The notes: a model not told the origin generated them from the sequence alone. A stretch of 63,836 bases of DNA, filler included, from Lama guanicoe (GCA_013239625.1; 90 parts of 90 records of this genome joined end to end with filler, not necessarily neighbours in it), one strand, 5' to 3'. Numbered from the whole stretch's first letter, positions 49,498-62,316 are shown. Numbers and translations are program-made.

Positions 49498-49997
49498 ATA
49501 TAGAATAAAAAATACTGAATATAGAATTAAGAATATAGAATGTAGATAAAGGAATTTTGAATATAGAATACAGAATACTGAATATAGAATTAAAATATAG
49601 ATTGTAGAACGCAGTATAAAGAATATACAATACGGAATTCAGAATCTACAACGTAGAATATAGAATGATGAACACAAAATATAGAATATAGAATATGGAT
49701 AACAGAATACAGAAACCAGAATTTAAAATATGGAATGCAGAACACAGAATATATAATATAGAATACAGAATACTGAATATAGAATTTAGAATATAAATGT
49801 ATAACGCAGAATAAAGAAAATAGAATACGGAATGTAGAATATAAAATACAGATATAGAACATAGAACGCAGAATATAGAATATGGATAACAGAATACAGA
49901 AACCAGAATTTAAAATATGGAATGCAGAACACAGAATATATAATATACAATACAGAATACAGAATATCGGATTTGGAACATAGAATTTAGAACATGG
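49498..49997 (+). repeat. AT-rich AGAATAT-heptamer satellite
   Basis: The whole fragment is heptamer variants. A 78-bp block is repeated exactly at 49683 and 49870. Confidence 0.92.
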
Positions 49998-50723
49998 NNN
50001 NNNNNNNNNNNNNNNNNNNNNNNNNNNNNNNNNNNNNNNNNTTAATTAATTAANNNNNNNNNNNNNNNNNNNNNNNNNNNNNNNNNNNNNNNNNNNNTGC
50101 CGTGTATCTTTCGGGGAAAGGGAGGGGCGCGGCAGAGGGCCGGGCGCTTAACACCAGATGGGACCACTCAACTCAAGCGATCATCAGCACAGCAAGCACC
50201 CGGCAGCCCACCCACGGGCCAGCCGAAGGGGTCGCCACGACTGACTCCCTCGCTGCTCCCACTCCCGAGTCCGAGCTGGGGACCGAAATGGAAAAGCAGG
50301 CATTCTTTCAAGTCCTTCACTGGAGCTCATGCTCTGCTGGGTTTTTGTCTGTATCTTGCTCCTTGGGGACATCACACAGGACGGCCTCCGGGCTTCCCGG
50401 GTGGTCATTCAAGCCAAGAACTAAGGTGAGCCAGAAAACTCCCGGCTCGCGGTTTTAGGATTCTGTAAAACTAGGTAAAATAATCGTCCTCGGGATCCAT
50501 CTTAGAAGCTCCTGGGCCACAAACAAGAAGTCGTCACACTGCGCACGCTCTGCGACGACCTGCTTTGCCCCGTGCAGGCCCTGAGTGTGGGGACTGACTC
50601 TGCACCAAGGAGGAGACTCCTGANNNNNNNNNNNNNNNNNNNNNNNNNNNNNNNNNNNNNNNNNNNNTTAATTAATTAANNNNNNNNNNNNNNNNNNNNN
50701 NNNNNNNNNNNNNNNNNNNNNNN

Positions 50724-51690
50724 GTGTGTGTGTGTGTGTGTGTGTGTGTGTGGTGTTCCAGTCGTGCTCGATGAAAGCCTGCCCTGATGACCTCACTTCA
50801 CCTCGACGACTTCTGTAAAGACCGTATTTCCAAGTAAGGTCAGAGTCTGAGATTCTGGAGGTTAGGACCTCAACATACGAGTTCAAGGTGGGGGGACACA
50901 CAATTCAACTCCTAACAGGTGTGTGGTAGCCACACTCCATGCACATACGTGCACCCTCGTGCAGACAAAGCTCCGGTGAGAAGGAAAGCGCAGATCACGT
51001 GGAAACTCCGTGGGCCTAAGGGTCCAGCGGACCTGGGTCCCCATATGGGTTCTCATTTGCCAGCTGGTGAATTTGGGTGCATTCCTAACTCTTTTTGAAT
51101 CTTTAAGCACCTACCTGCAGGACTGGGATAATGATACCCATCCAGAGTGTAACTTAGGTCAGAGTCTGACACTATAGTAGACGCCTGACAGAGTCTCGTC
51201 ACCTGTGAGTCCTAAATGGACATCCCCCTCCAAGGATCCAGGCCCGCTGTAGGGTCAGCACAGACTTCCCCAGAAGCCAAGGCAGATGGCCGCAGGCATC
51301 CTGCACAGCAGCCTCCAGGGGACACGGGTCCTCCTCGGGGGGAGTGAAGTGTCCCGAGCAGTGTTTCTCATGTACGCGGGTCCTAGGAGTCTGCAGGCAA
51401 GCTTGTCCCTTCAGTTCGCCCCGAGCCCACGACGTGTAAGGTGCACAGTGAGGCTTTGTGAAGCCCTTCCCGGGTGTGGTGGGGAGGTCCCGGCCTCTCT
51501 CGGCTGGACCTGGCCTCAGGGCAAGGAAGAAGCCCCGTTCCTCTGACCCGCTGTTAAGCCCCAGCTCTCTGCGGGGCTCAGATCGGGACAGTGGGGGACA
51601 CAGCGAGGGTATGTGTGCGAGCCCAACCCAGATCCCGGCTCCTCTCAATTTATATTCTAGGGGAAGGAGAAAGTTGACAAGGTAATTAAA
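50724..51690. repeat. Fragment duplicated in reverse complement at 61006-61974; contains (GT)n, an antisense MLT1 LTR piece (~50755-50917) and a MIR-like remnant
   Basis: Direct comparison. The identical spurious ORF translations at 50883-51110 and 61590-61817 confirm the duplication. Confidence 0.95.
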
Positions 51691-52396
51691 NNNNNNNNNN
51701 NNNNNNNNNNNNNNNNNNNNNNNNNNNNNNNNNNTTAATTAATTAANNNNNNNNNNNNNNNNNNNNNNNNNNNNNNNNNNNNNNNNNNNNAAATTACAGA
51801 AAGATTTTCTGCTGTGCGGAGGATGGGAACCCTTAACCATCTTGTTGTTCAAGCGTCAACTGTATTGTTAAACTGGGGTTAAATACGCTCCGAACTTGGG
51901 CTAGAGTTTAGAATCATAAAATATTAGCTCTGTGTTTCCTTACTTCTGTCTGGATGGGATGGGAAAATGCATAAATATCTGTTATTTTAGCCTCCATGCA
52001 GGTACTAAACAACACAAACATGTTATGTTAAAAGCTGGGGAAGAAACACGAAGACTAGAATTATTTTTTTAGCCAAAAACAAAGGATAATTCAAGATTTA
52101 CAATGAAACTTGAAGAAAGGGATTTTGGAGGATGGTGGTAGCAATGCAATTGTTTAAAACAGAGAAAATATAATGGTAAAACCAAAACTCAAAAAAATTT
52201 ATAACCAACTAGGTGACAAGATATCTCCACATCCCTTATTACACAAATGGGTGGGGGGAAAAAAAACAAACACCCATGGGAATGCTGTTATTCCAANNNN
52301 NNNNNNNNNNNNNNNNNNNNNNNNNNNNNNNNNNNNNNNNTTAATTAATTAANNNNNNNNNNNNNNNNNNNNNNNNNNNNNNNNNNNNNNNNNNNN

Positions 52397-52951
52397 TGTA
52401 TTCTGTATTCTATACTCTATATTCTGTGTTCTACATTCTATTTTCCTCATTCTATTTCTGTACTCTGTATTCTATATTCCATACTGTGTGTTCTCAATTC
52501 CATGTTCTAATTTCTGGGTTCTGCATTCTGTATTCTATATACATTATTCTGTGTTCTACGTTCTATAATCTACAATTTATACACTGAAATCTATATACTT
52601 TATTCTGTGTTGTGAATTCCATGTTCTAAATAATGGGTTCTGTATTCTGCATTCTATATTCTGTGTTCTACATTCTATATTCTACATTCTATAATCTGTA
52701 TCCTGAATTCTATATTTAGTATTCTGTGTTCTACATTCTATATTCTACATTTAATATTCTGTATTCCTTACACTATATTCTAAATTCTCTGATTGAAATT
52801 CCATGTTATAAATTCTGGGTTCTGTATTATTTATTTTATATTATATGTTCTGTGTTCTACATTCTATATTCTAAATTCAAGATTCTGAATTCTGTATCTA
52901 TCTTCTGTGTTCTGCATTCCATGTTCCAAATTCTGGGTTCTGGAATCTGAA
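52397..52951 (-). repeat. Same heptamer satellite, opposite strand (ATATTCT)n-like
   Basis: Tandem ATTCTAT/ATTCTGT/GTTCTAC variants with a recurring TTCCATGTT landmark. Confidence 0.92.
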
Positions 52952-54472
52952 NNNNNNNNNNNNNNNNNNNNNNNNNNNNNNNNNNNNNNNNNNNNTTAAT
53001 TAATTAANNNNNNNNNNNNNNNNNNNNNNNNNNNNNNNNNNNNNNNNNNNNCTTTATACAGCCGGGCCCCTTGCCTGGGAACAGTGGCTGCCCTGCAAAC
53101 CTCTGTTGCTGACACAGGGAAGCACGTTCCTTCTTTCTTAACTTCGAGTTAGAGTCACCTTGGTGGGTTTGAAATGTGTTCTGAAACAGAATAAACTCAA
53201 AGGATTCTGTTAATCATTCTGATTTATTTAGGAGGCAACAGTGTTATTATGTGACTTATGTTACTTGTTAATTAACCAGACTGGAACATGTTTCTTTTTA
53301 CAAATTGAACGCTGAGAGAATAACGAAGACCAAATATTTTACAACACAGACCCTTGAGTTTGACTGTTTTTACAAAGCAGATCCTTGAGTTTGACTCTGA
53401 AATACAGTATTTTATTTTGCAGCAACTTCCGGTTTAAGTGATAGTGAAATACTTTCTATTATTAGAAAGTTTTGAATTTTAAGTAAATTAAAATGGAAAT
53501 GATAGTTGTTTCNNNNNNNNNNNNNNNNNNNNNNNNNNNNNNNNNNNNNNNNNNNNTTAATTAATTAANNNNNNNNNNNNNNNNNNNNNNNNNNNNNNNN
53601 NNNNNNNNNNNNGTGACTAATATCTAGATATTTTTATTATTCAAAGAGCAACAATATAATAGATTTCCCCTGAGCATTACTTAGATATTCATTATATGAA
53701 TTGAAAGGTGGAGAACATGGCACTTTTATGGTATATATTCAAAGTATTCATTAAAATGTTCATTTACATGCTTTGAATCTTCTTTATGTGTTACATTTTA
53801 CAGTAGAAAAAACATGCTATGTCTCTCATGCAATGTTTATATATTGGATTATCACAATGCTTAGTGTTTTGGTAATGCATAATTTTTCAGAGAATATTGT
53901 TTGCTGTTTTCCTAGCTCACAATAGGTTATTCCTAAAGAGTGAGATTATGGAGTACTTTGTTATATATGTTTTTTAAAATAATATATATTTTTCATGTGT
54001 CTATTTCATATGTATGTTTCATGTTTTCATATACAATTAAAATAGTGTATGTGTTTATAAAAAATGATTATTGTATATTCTGGATCAGTATGTCTATATG
54101 AAAAAAGTACTGCATGCTTTAAATTTTTCCTTTTAAAGTTTTCTTTCTTTTTAAATTTTAGTCACCATTATCTGTTTCTTAATAATGATATTTCTTTAAA
54201 AGCACTTTTTAGACTACCTAGCAAACTATACTATGAAATGAACAGGTNNNNNNNNNNNNNNNNNNNNNNNNNNNNNNNNNNNNNNNNNNNNTTAATTAAT
54301 TAANNNNNNNNNNNNNNNNNNNNNNNNNNNNNNNNNNNNNNNNNNNNTGAATATTAAGCTAAAGCTGAAGGTGGTGGAACTTTTGTAAAAGGGCTCAGTG
54401 CTGTTCTGTGTGGATGCTCGTCACTAGGCTCAGAAGGACACATTCTTGGATCTTCAAGGACCCAGGACTTAC

Positions 54473-54537
54473 CAGTTCACTAGGTCACCCTCTTCCTTTG
54501 CTCTGGACTTGGATGGGGGCAGAAGTGTTGCTGGAGC
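54473..54537 (-). other. Candidate 65-nt exon, gene unassigned
   Basis: On the minus strand there is a GCTCTTTCAG| acceptor and a CTG|GTAAGT consensus donor. One frame is open (APATLLPPSKSRAKEEGDLVN). Confidence 0.4.
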
Positions 54538-57500
54538 CTGAAAGAGCACCTGTGTTTTTTGTCACCTGTACCAAAGCATGAGCGAAGCTGTATTTCATAT
54601 TNNNNNNNNNNNNNNNNNNNNNNNNNNNNNNNNNNNNNNNNNNNNTTAATTAATTAANNNNNNNNNNNNNNNNNNNNNNNNNNNNNNNNNNNNNNNNNNN
54701 NACGAAGTTTGGCTCTCTTTACACTTCATTCTGTATTCTAAGCCAAAATATGGGCATTACAGGAAAACAGGTGTGTAGGTGGCGTGTACAATGAACCAAT
54801 GTCCCTCTCATACATAAGACGTGTATTAACATGGTATATGTCTCAACATTCTGTATATACAGGCCTTATATATATCATACAGCTATTTCTTTTTTGGGTT
54901 TTCTTCTTTTATTGAAAGATAGTCGATTCACAGTGTTGTGTTGGATTTTTTTCTTTTCAACAGAGAGACTGAGTGTTGGCTTTTATTCAACGCCTTTCAT
55001 CACTTTTAGCAATTACGCATATGTTGTGGTTGTATTAATACGTTTAATAAATTGACTGATACCTGAATTTGTATTTGTCCTTGAAATGAATCTCAAGTCA
55101 TCACAGTGAATTTTTCTTTAAATATCAGCTGGATTCTCTTTTCCAGGTTAATATTTTCTACCAATTATTTTTTGCTTGTTTTGCTATTTCTTGGATTTTT
55201 GTCAATACTTTGCTGGCTCCTTAATAACATTTGGAATTACTTCCCCTCTTCTATGTTCCAAACCAGGGTAAATAGTAGCAANNNNNNNNNNNNNNNNNNN
55301 NNNNNNNNNNNNNNNNNNNNNNNNNTTAATTAATTAANNNNNNNNNNNNNNNNNNNNNNNNNNNNNNNNNNNNNNNNNNNNGAATTCCCAGCTCTCTAAG
55401 GCATATCAAGTGGTCAATGTCTGGATGCTGCTTTATAAGCTTGGGCCTAAAATTAGAGAAGAAACTGAAGAGATCATTTTTCAGGATACCATTTTAAACG
55501 ATGTGATGAGCTGTGTGGGAGTATTTCCGGTTAACAGTGCTCTTTACAACCCAGTGCATATAATAGGAACCATTTTGGTTGCTGGTTGAAAATGTCTACT
55601 TCCAGAGTCATTTGAAGAAGTCATCATAAAAGCTTTTGGACATTGTGAGCAATTATTATAGAAATATAGGGACACGTACTTTCAACTGCAGAATGTCAGG
55701 GTTTGTACAAGTCTGTATAGTTATTCAGATTTTCAGTCTCAGGGCATAAAAATGAGAAAAATCTTAGAGGAAAAGTGGGTAAAATAATAATCCCTTTTAA
55801 ATATTTTCCTACTACATGTTCATTTAAACATTTGTTATTCTTTTTATGACAACCACCTACTTTAAGCATAGCACAGGTTTACATATATTAGATACGCAAG
55901 AGATGATGACCAAGATTCCCTGCAGATAAGAATAGTTTAGAATATACTGAAGAAACTGAAATCCTCACATTGTAAAGGCTTTTACCAACACATTTTTTTC
56001 TTTCTTAACAACAGGTCAGTTATGGTTTGACTAGGTTCTACTCTACAACTCTGCACTCTCATGTCCCATCTATTAAGCAACCACCACTTCTGAGACAGCC
56101 AAGGGAAAGAGAGTTCTGGAGGTTCNNNNNNNNNNNNNNNNNNNNNNNNNNNNNNNNNNNNNNNNNNNNTTAATTAATTAANNNNNNNNNNNNNNNNNNN
56201 NNNNNNNNNNNNNNNNNNNNNNNNNCGTGGGGTCATGTTTACAATGATCCCAGTGGAGGCTAATGCATCACAACTAGGCATAACTGAGAAATGCAGTCCT
56301 TCTGGGGCAAATGTGACATGGTTTAGTACCTAGCATTTGGCTACTCTGGTGTGATTCACAAATACATCTTAGAAAACCTGGAGAAAATGGAAGGGTTCTG
56401 CGTCCTTCAAGAAACCTCTTTCTCCATTGTCTTCCCCCAAGTAGCATTTTCCTAAGCTCAGCTGTGGAAGATGCTAAGTGGCGGTGAGTTAGGGATTGTT
56501 CAGACAGCAGGGAGCTTTCATAGAGACTCAAANNNNNNNNNNNNNNNNNNNNNNNNNNNNNNNNNNNNNNNNNNNNTTAATTAATTAANNNNNNNNNNNN
56601 NNNNNNNNNNNNNNNNNNNNNNNNNNNNNNNNGAACTTTCTATGAGGTTTCCATGGGGTAAGTGTAGTCGAGCCTGGAATGTAACTTTTCTTATTACTTT
56701 CTGCCTCTGGTTCTCTTGTCTTCCTTTTGATCTGTGCTCCTGGCTTGGGACGAAATGAAGCAAGAGAGCTAAGAGACAAAAGTTCCATTTTTAAAAACTA
56801 TTCTGAGTTTGCTGGCCCACAGAAATAGTGTTTCTAGCTTCTAAAAAAAACTTTTTTTTAATTGTTCGTTTTTGCAGAATGCTGTCTGGCGTGGATAACT
56901 TGTATTTTTTTTCTCATCACAAAGGATTGCCTTTCTCCTGTTCTTTCTCAGATGCTAGAGTGATCTTTTGATGACAAAATCACATGACGTCACTCCTGTC
57001 AAAACCCTGCCATGGCTCCCTATGTCCTTTGGGTAAAAGGAGAGATATTCAGGATGGTCTCCATGTCTGGCAGAATCTGGCCCTGGTCATCTCTCAACCA
57101 AATTACCTACCATCCCGCCCCGTCATTGCACAAGCCGGGCTGACCACGCTAGACTTTATACCTTCCTGCCTGCCACACTCCACATTTGGGGTCACACTTC
57201 AATTCCTTGCACATTCCCGAATAACCGTGTTTGATTACATGATATATGCCAAGTCTTAAATAGGTACTGAAGATACCCTGGGGGACTGAGCAATTTAAGC
57301 CATCTTACTCTGCAGAACAGCTGGGCAGAACATATTCAAACATTTCCAGAATGACAACACGGCCATATTTTTATAGAATGATTTGCTCAGTCTCAGGCAA
57401 GATTTCTCTCCCGTTTTCTTCCTTTGCATACACAGCATACCNNNNNNNNNNNNNNNNNNNNNNNNNNNNNNNNNNNNNNNNNNNNTTAATTAATTAANNN

Positions 57501-59881
57501 NNNNNNNNNNNNNNNNNNNNNNNNNNNNNNNNNNNNNNNNNCAGCCACCTCTTAAATATTTTGTGGAAGAGAGCATTTTACTCAGAGCCAGTGGGCCTAG
57601 GGAAAGAAAACACTGGGTGTTTCTGAAGGGTAGCAAACAGTAATACTGGATGAGAAGGAGCAGGGATGAAAAAGAGTATGGAAATAAGCAATGACCACAT
57701 CAGGAATGCTCTTTTAGGTAATGAGACACTTATTATTTTGTTATATTTATGATGGACTGTTGCTGGGTAGTTGTAATTGTGTCTGGGGTTGGGGGGAAGG
57801 GTGGTGAGGGTAAAAGAGAAACAAAAATCCTCTAGAAATAATCTAGGATAAAAGATGAAAATGCCTAGAATAATATTGGACATATTAAGAAATGGTGAGC
57901 TTTGGAGATGCTTTGGATTTATGAAAAGACCTTCTGATGGTCTGGACGTGGGCTGCACAAGAAAGAGAAGAATCAGTGATGACTTCCTGAACTTGAGCCT
58001 GATGAACTGACACTCTTAAAGGTTTTACTAGGACTCATTCTAGACCCACCATGCGCTAATTGTCTCAAGAATTCCATAAAGCTATCTTTATAACTACATA
58101 CTTTATAATACTCTGTCATAAATTTTAGCCACTGAATAGTATCATCAGTTTTGGGAACAGNNNNNNNNNNNNNNNNNNNNNNNNNNNNNNNNNNNNNNNN
58201 NNNNTTAATTAATTAANNNNNNNNNNNNNNNNNNNNNNNNNNNNNNNNNNNNNNNNNNNNCAATTCGTACAGCTGCCATAACCTTTATTAGAGGTGTATT
58301 AATTTTTTTGTCTGTGTCACTGTGTGTGTGCTTGCATTTAATAGGTATGTGCTGAAGATCTGAGCCTAAGGGAATGAACTTTAAGAACCTGAAAAATATT
58401 TATAGGGATTTCTAACATAAAAAATAGTATTTGCAAAATTGAAGGAAGTAAAATTTGTCTTTGATGCCTACTCATGCCCCCTGTATATTGTTCCTTTTTG
58501 CTTATACACCTACCTCTTTCCTTTCCTACCATTATCAGCACAAACATCTATAAGATATTCTATTTTGTTTTGTATTGTTTGTTTTCCTTGATTTCCTATT
58601 GATTTAAACTCATCTTTTTATGACTGTCAATGGTGTTTTATGTTACTCCTCCAAGGGCATTTTCATACTGGGAAATTCATCAACTAACAAATGTTTACAG
58701 CACGTGAGCCTTTACAGTTGACATCATAGGGACAGTGGCAGGCAGGGCAGATTGATATTTTGGCCCGGGAAAATACAAGACAAGGTTATTTAATGAAATT
58801 ACTGTAGCGAACAAACTATTTTAAGGACCAACACTTGAATACTTGGAAGGGGAAGAGAATGCTTTAGGCATCTTGTAGAGTTTATCCCGTGTAAAGTTCT
58901 CAGCAACCTGTGAACCTAAGTGCTAGTCATTTAATTACCAACTCATGTATGACCAACAATAAATCGACAACAAACTGAGGGAGGAGTAAGAACTTTGTCT
59001 ACACAACATGCTCTTAGAGGGTAGGTGGTGAAACGCAGACCCAACCCACGACAGTACAACTCCGATGACGTCATTTTTCATTCCACTTCAACTCNNNNNN
59101 NNNNNNNNNNNNNNNNNNNNNNNNNNNNNNNNNNNNNNTTAATTAATTAANNNNNNNNNNNNNNNNNNNNNNNNNNNNNNNNNNNNNNNNNNNNATGGCA
59201 TAGACGTTTGATGAGACGGTCTTCTTGAGTCACCTTAATCGGGAGTGGGGACACTGTCCTCCCCCTTTACTTGGTGGTACTAGAGACAGGCTGTACTCAT
59301 GACTCGCTCCTGTATCCCACTCTCCTTCTTCTCGCTTCAGTGTCCCAGGGCAAGAAGAGCAATTCTTCTACTTCCCCAGTATTGTATAACCTCTACATCA
59401 GGAAAGTAGCCAGCTTTCTGAGCTAGATGGACGATCATGTCTAAGGTAAAGGAGAACTCTGTATCCCATAAGTCTTCCAGTCTCTGCTTACATGGGATAC
59501 AGAGGGAACAAAGCTATTTTGCAAATCCTCTTTCAAGCATGTGGTTTGGCTGGAAACACTACTGTTCCGAGGCATAATATTGATAGTGGCAAACTGTTGT
59601 CTCAATGCCCTGAGTTACACGTCTGAAGCCAAACGTTACACCGCTCTTTCACCAAGAGTCTCTTCCATATCGAATCCCCAACTTTTCCTTCTCTCCGAAG
59701 CACTGCTCACTGGCCGTGTCCCCAGTAGATGGATACTTTGAGTAGACAAATTGAAAGTCTTGGGCTCAGAAAGGCAAAAGAGACAGCTCATGAATACAAT
59801 TCAAAATATGATTCCTAAGACAAAGGGCTTCACATTCTGAACAGAATATTTATAAGACAAGCTGTCTTCACTCTTACAAAC

Positions 59882-59992
59882 AGAGCGACCAACTATCCTG
59901 GTTTGCTTGAAACTCATTTTTTTAGGGTTGTGAGACTTCTGGTGCCCTAACTGGGACTGTCCTGGGTAAACTGAGGCATTTGTTTACTGCAC
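59882..59992. mobile_element. hAT-Blackjack MITE (MER81/MER94-like)
   Basis: GCGACCAACTATCCTGGTTTGC...CTGGGACTGTCCTGGGTAAACTG, degenerate inverted termini. Confidence 0.55.
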
Positions 59993-60711
59993 CTGCAAAT
60001 GTTAAGCACCTCAGAGTAACATTATTGTGTTAATAAGCTGAAAAAGTCTCTGTGGTTTTACTCTGCCCGAAAAAAAATCTTCTGTTCCTACAAGCGGTGA
60101 GAGATTAGAGAAGACATANNNNNNNNNNNNNNNNNNNNNNNNNNNNNNNNNNNNNNNNNNNNTTAATTAATTAANNNNNNNNNNNNNNNNNNNNNNNNNN
60201 NNNNNNNNNNNNNNNNNNCTCCAAACCCGTGGACCAGCCTTCCTGGGGTAGTCACACCATGTCAAGGCTAAGAGGCAGATTATAGGAAAATAAATGTTTG
60301 AAAGGGAGCGACCTTGCAAAAATGAGAAGAGGGAGGCAAGCCAGATCCTTTCATTAGATGGCGAGCTGCAGTCACAGCAGGTGCTGGGACCTAGATCAAA
60401 ATTATAAATAGAAGGGGGATTCTAATGAGAAGAGCAGGGTGACACTGGGGCTAAGAACTGAGATGAGGTTACGGAGAGCTATATGATCCCTGATGGCCTC
60501 TTTTCACGGGGGCTTTCCTGATTCCCCAGCTAGACTTCCCTCTCCTACTTTGTAACTATCACTGTGGTTCATTTTGGGCAATGATTTGTTCTCCTTTGCA
60601 CCATGGTGTTGACTACTCCATTGAAGTCACCCATTTCTTTATCCCTCTCTTGTCCAAGATGGGCTTTAAGCTGGAGCTACGTGGTGAGTACAGAACAGGT
60701 GTTCTACTCAC

Positions 60712-60879
60712 GCTGGTTTCCTGATCGTCCAGGACCTTATATGTGTAGGTGCGCTGTACGGAATGGTTGAAGAGAACTTGATTTCTGATAGGTTTGATTT
60801 CTTGCTCTGCCACTCCCAGAAAATGACCCGAGACAAGGAGTTTAACCCCGCTAAATACCAGATTTCTCACTGGGTTCTT
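60712..60879 (-). CDS. Candidate 168-nt symmetric coding exon, gene unassigned
   Basis: Minus strand: TATTTCAATTCATAG| acceptor and AGC|GTGAGT donor. It has 56 uninterrupted codons: KNPVRNLVFSGVKLLVSGHFLGVAEQEIKPIRNQVLFNHSVQRTYTYKVLDDQETS. Confidence 0.4.
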
Positions 60880-61005
60880 CTATGAATTGAAATACTGTAT
60901 TTAAGNNNNNNNNNNNNNNNNNNNNNNNNNNNNNNNNNNNNNNNNNNNNTTAATTAATTAANNNNNNNNNNNNNNNNNNNNNNNNNNNNNNNNNNNNNNN
61001 NNNNN

Positions 61006-61974
61006 TTTAATTACCTTGTCAACTTTCTCCTTCCCCTAGAATATAAATTGAGAGCAGCCAGGATCTGGGTTGGGCTCGCACACATACCCTCGCTGTGTTC
61101 CCCGCTGTCCCAAACTGAGCCCCGCTGAGAGCTGGGGCTTAACAACAGCGGGTCAGAGGAACTGGGCTTCTTCCTGGCCCCGAAGCCAGGTCCAGCCGAG
61201 AGGGGCCGGGACCTCCCCACCACACCCAGGAAGGGCTTCACAAAGCCTCACTGTGCACCTTACACGTCGTGGGCTCGGGGCGAACTGATGGGACAAGCTT
61301 GTCTGCAGACTCCTAGGACCCGCTTACATGAGAAACACTGCTCGGGACACTTCACTCCCCCCCGAGGAGGACCCGTGTCCCCTGGAGGCTGCTGTGCAGG
61401 ATGCCTGCGGCCATCTGCCTTGGCTTCTGGGGAAGTCTGTGCTGACCCTACAGCGGGCCTGGATCCTTGGAGGGGGATGTCCATTTAGGACTCACAGGTG
61501 ACGAGACTCTGTCAGGCGTCTACTATAGTGTCAGACTCTGACCTAAGTTACACTCTGGATGGGTATCATTATCCCAGTCCTGCAGGTAGGTGCTTAAAGA
61601 TTCAAAAAGAGTTAGGAATGCACCCAAATTCACCAGCTGGCAAATGAGAACCCATATGGGGACCCAGGTCCGCTGGACCCTTAGGCCCACGGAGTTTCCA
61701 CGTGATCTGCGCTTTCCTTCTCACCGGAGCTTTGTCTGCACGAGGGTGCACGTATGTGCATGGAGTGTGGCTACCACACACCTGTTAGGAGTTGAATTGT
61801 GTGTCCCCCCACCTTAAACTCGTATGTTGAGGTCCTAACCTCCAGAATCTCAGGCTCTGACCTTACTTGGAAATACGGTCTTTACAGAAGTCGTCGAGTT
61901 GAAGTGAGGTCATCAGGGCAGGCTTTCATCCAGCACGACTGGAGCACCACACACACACACACACACACACACAC
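61006..61974. repeat. Reverse-complement copy of 50724-51690, ending in (CA)n
   Basis: Direct sequence comparison. Confidence 0.95.
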
Positions 61975-62316
61975 NNNNNNNNNNNNNNNNNNNNNNNNNN
62001 NNNNNNNNNNNNNNNNNNTTAATTAATTAANNNNNNNNNNNNNNNNNNNNNNNNNNNNNNNNNNNNNNNNNNNNAGACCAAGGAAGGGATGCCCTGGGTC
62101 TAAGTCTCAGAGGATGGATAGACGCTGAGGTTTGTCTTTCTTTCACTGACCGCCATCTTAGCATCGAATCAATACCTCTAGATTCTTCAAAGGCCAGTGG
62201 TCCAGCACATACAATCCCAAAGCTAAATGATGAATTAGATTATACCAGTATTGTCATAAGTCTTTGAATTTGGTGGAACCCAGTGCCACCACACCATGTG
62301 TTTTAGAAAGCATGTG

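Noticed and set aside
49442..52950. Tyr/Ile/Phe-rich ORFs (49442-49630, 49590-49862, 52726-52950) read as membrane proteins
   Set aside because: They are translations of the heptamer satellite.
50724..61974. ~970-bp inverted repeat apparently flanking a 9-kb element
   Set aside because: The two copies are separate fragments in arbitrary orientation with the 49-bp bubble signature, and the intervening fragments are unrelated.
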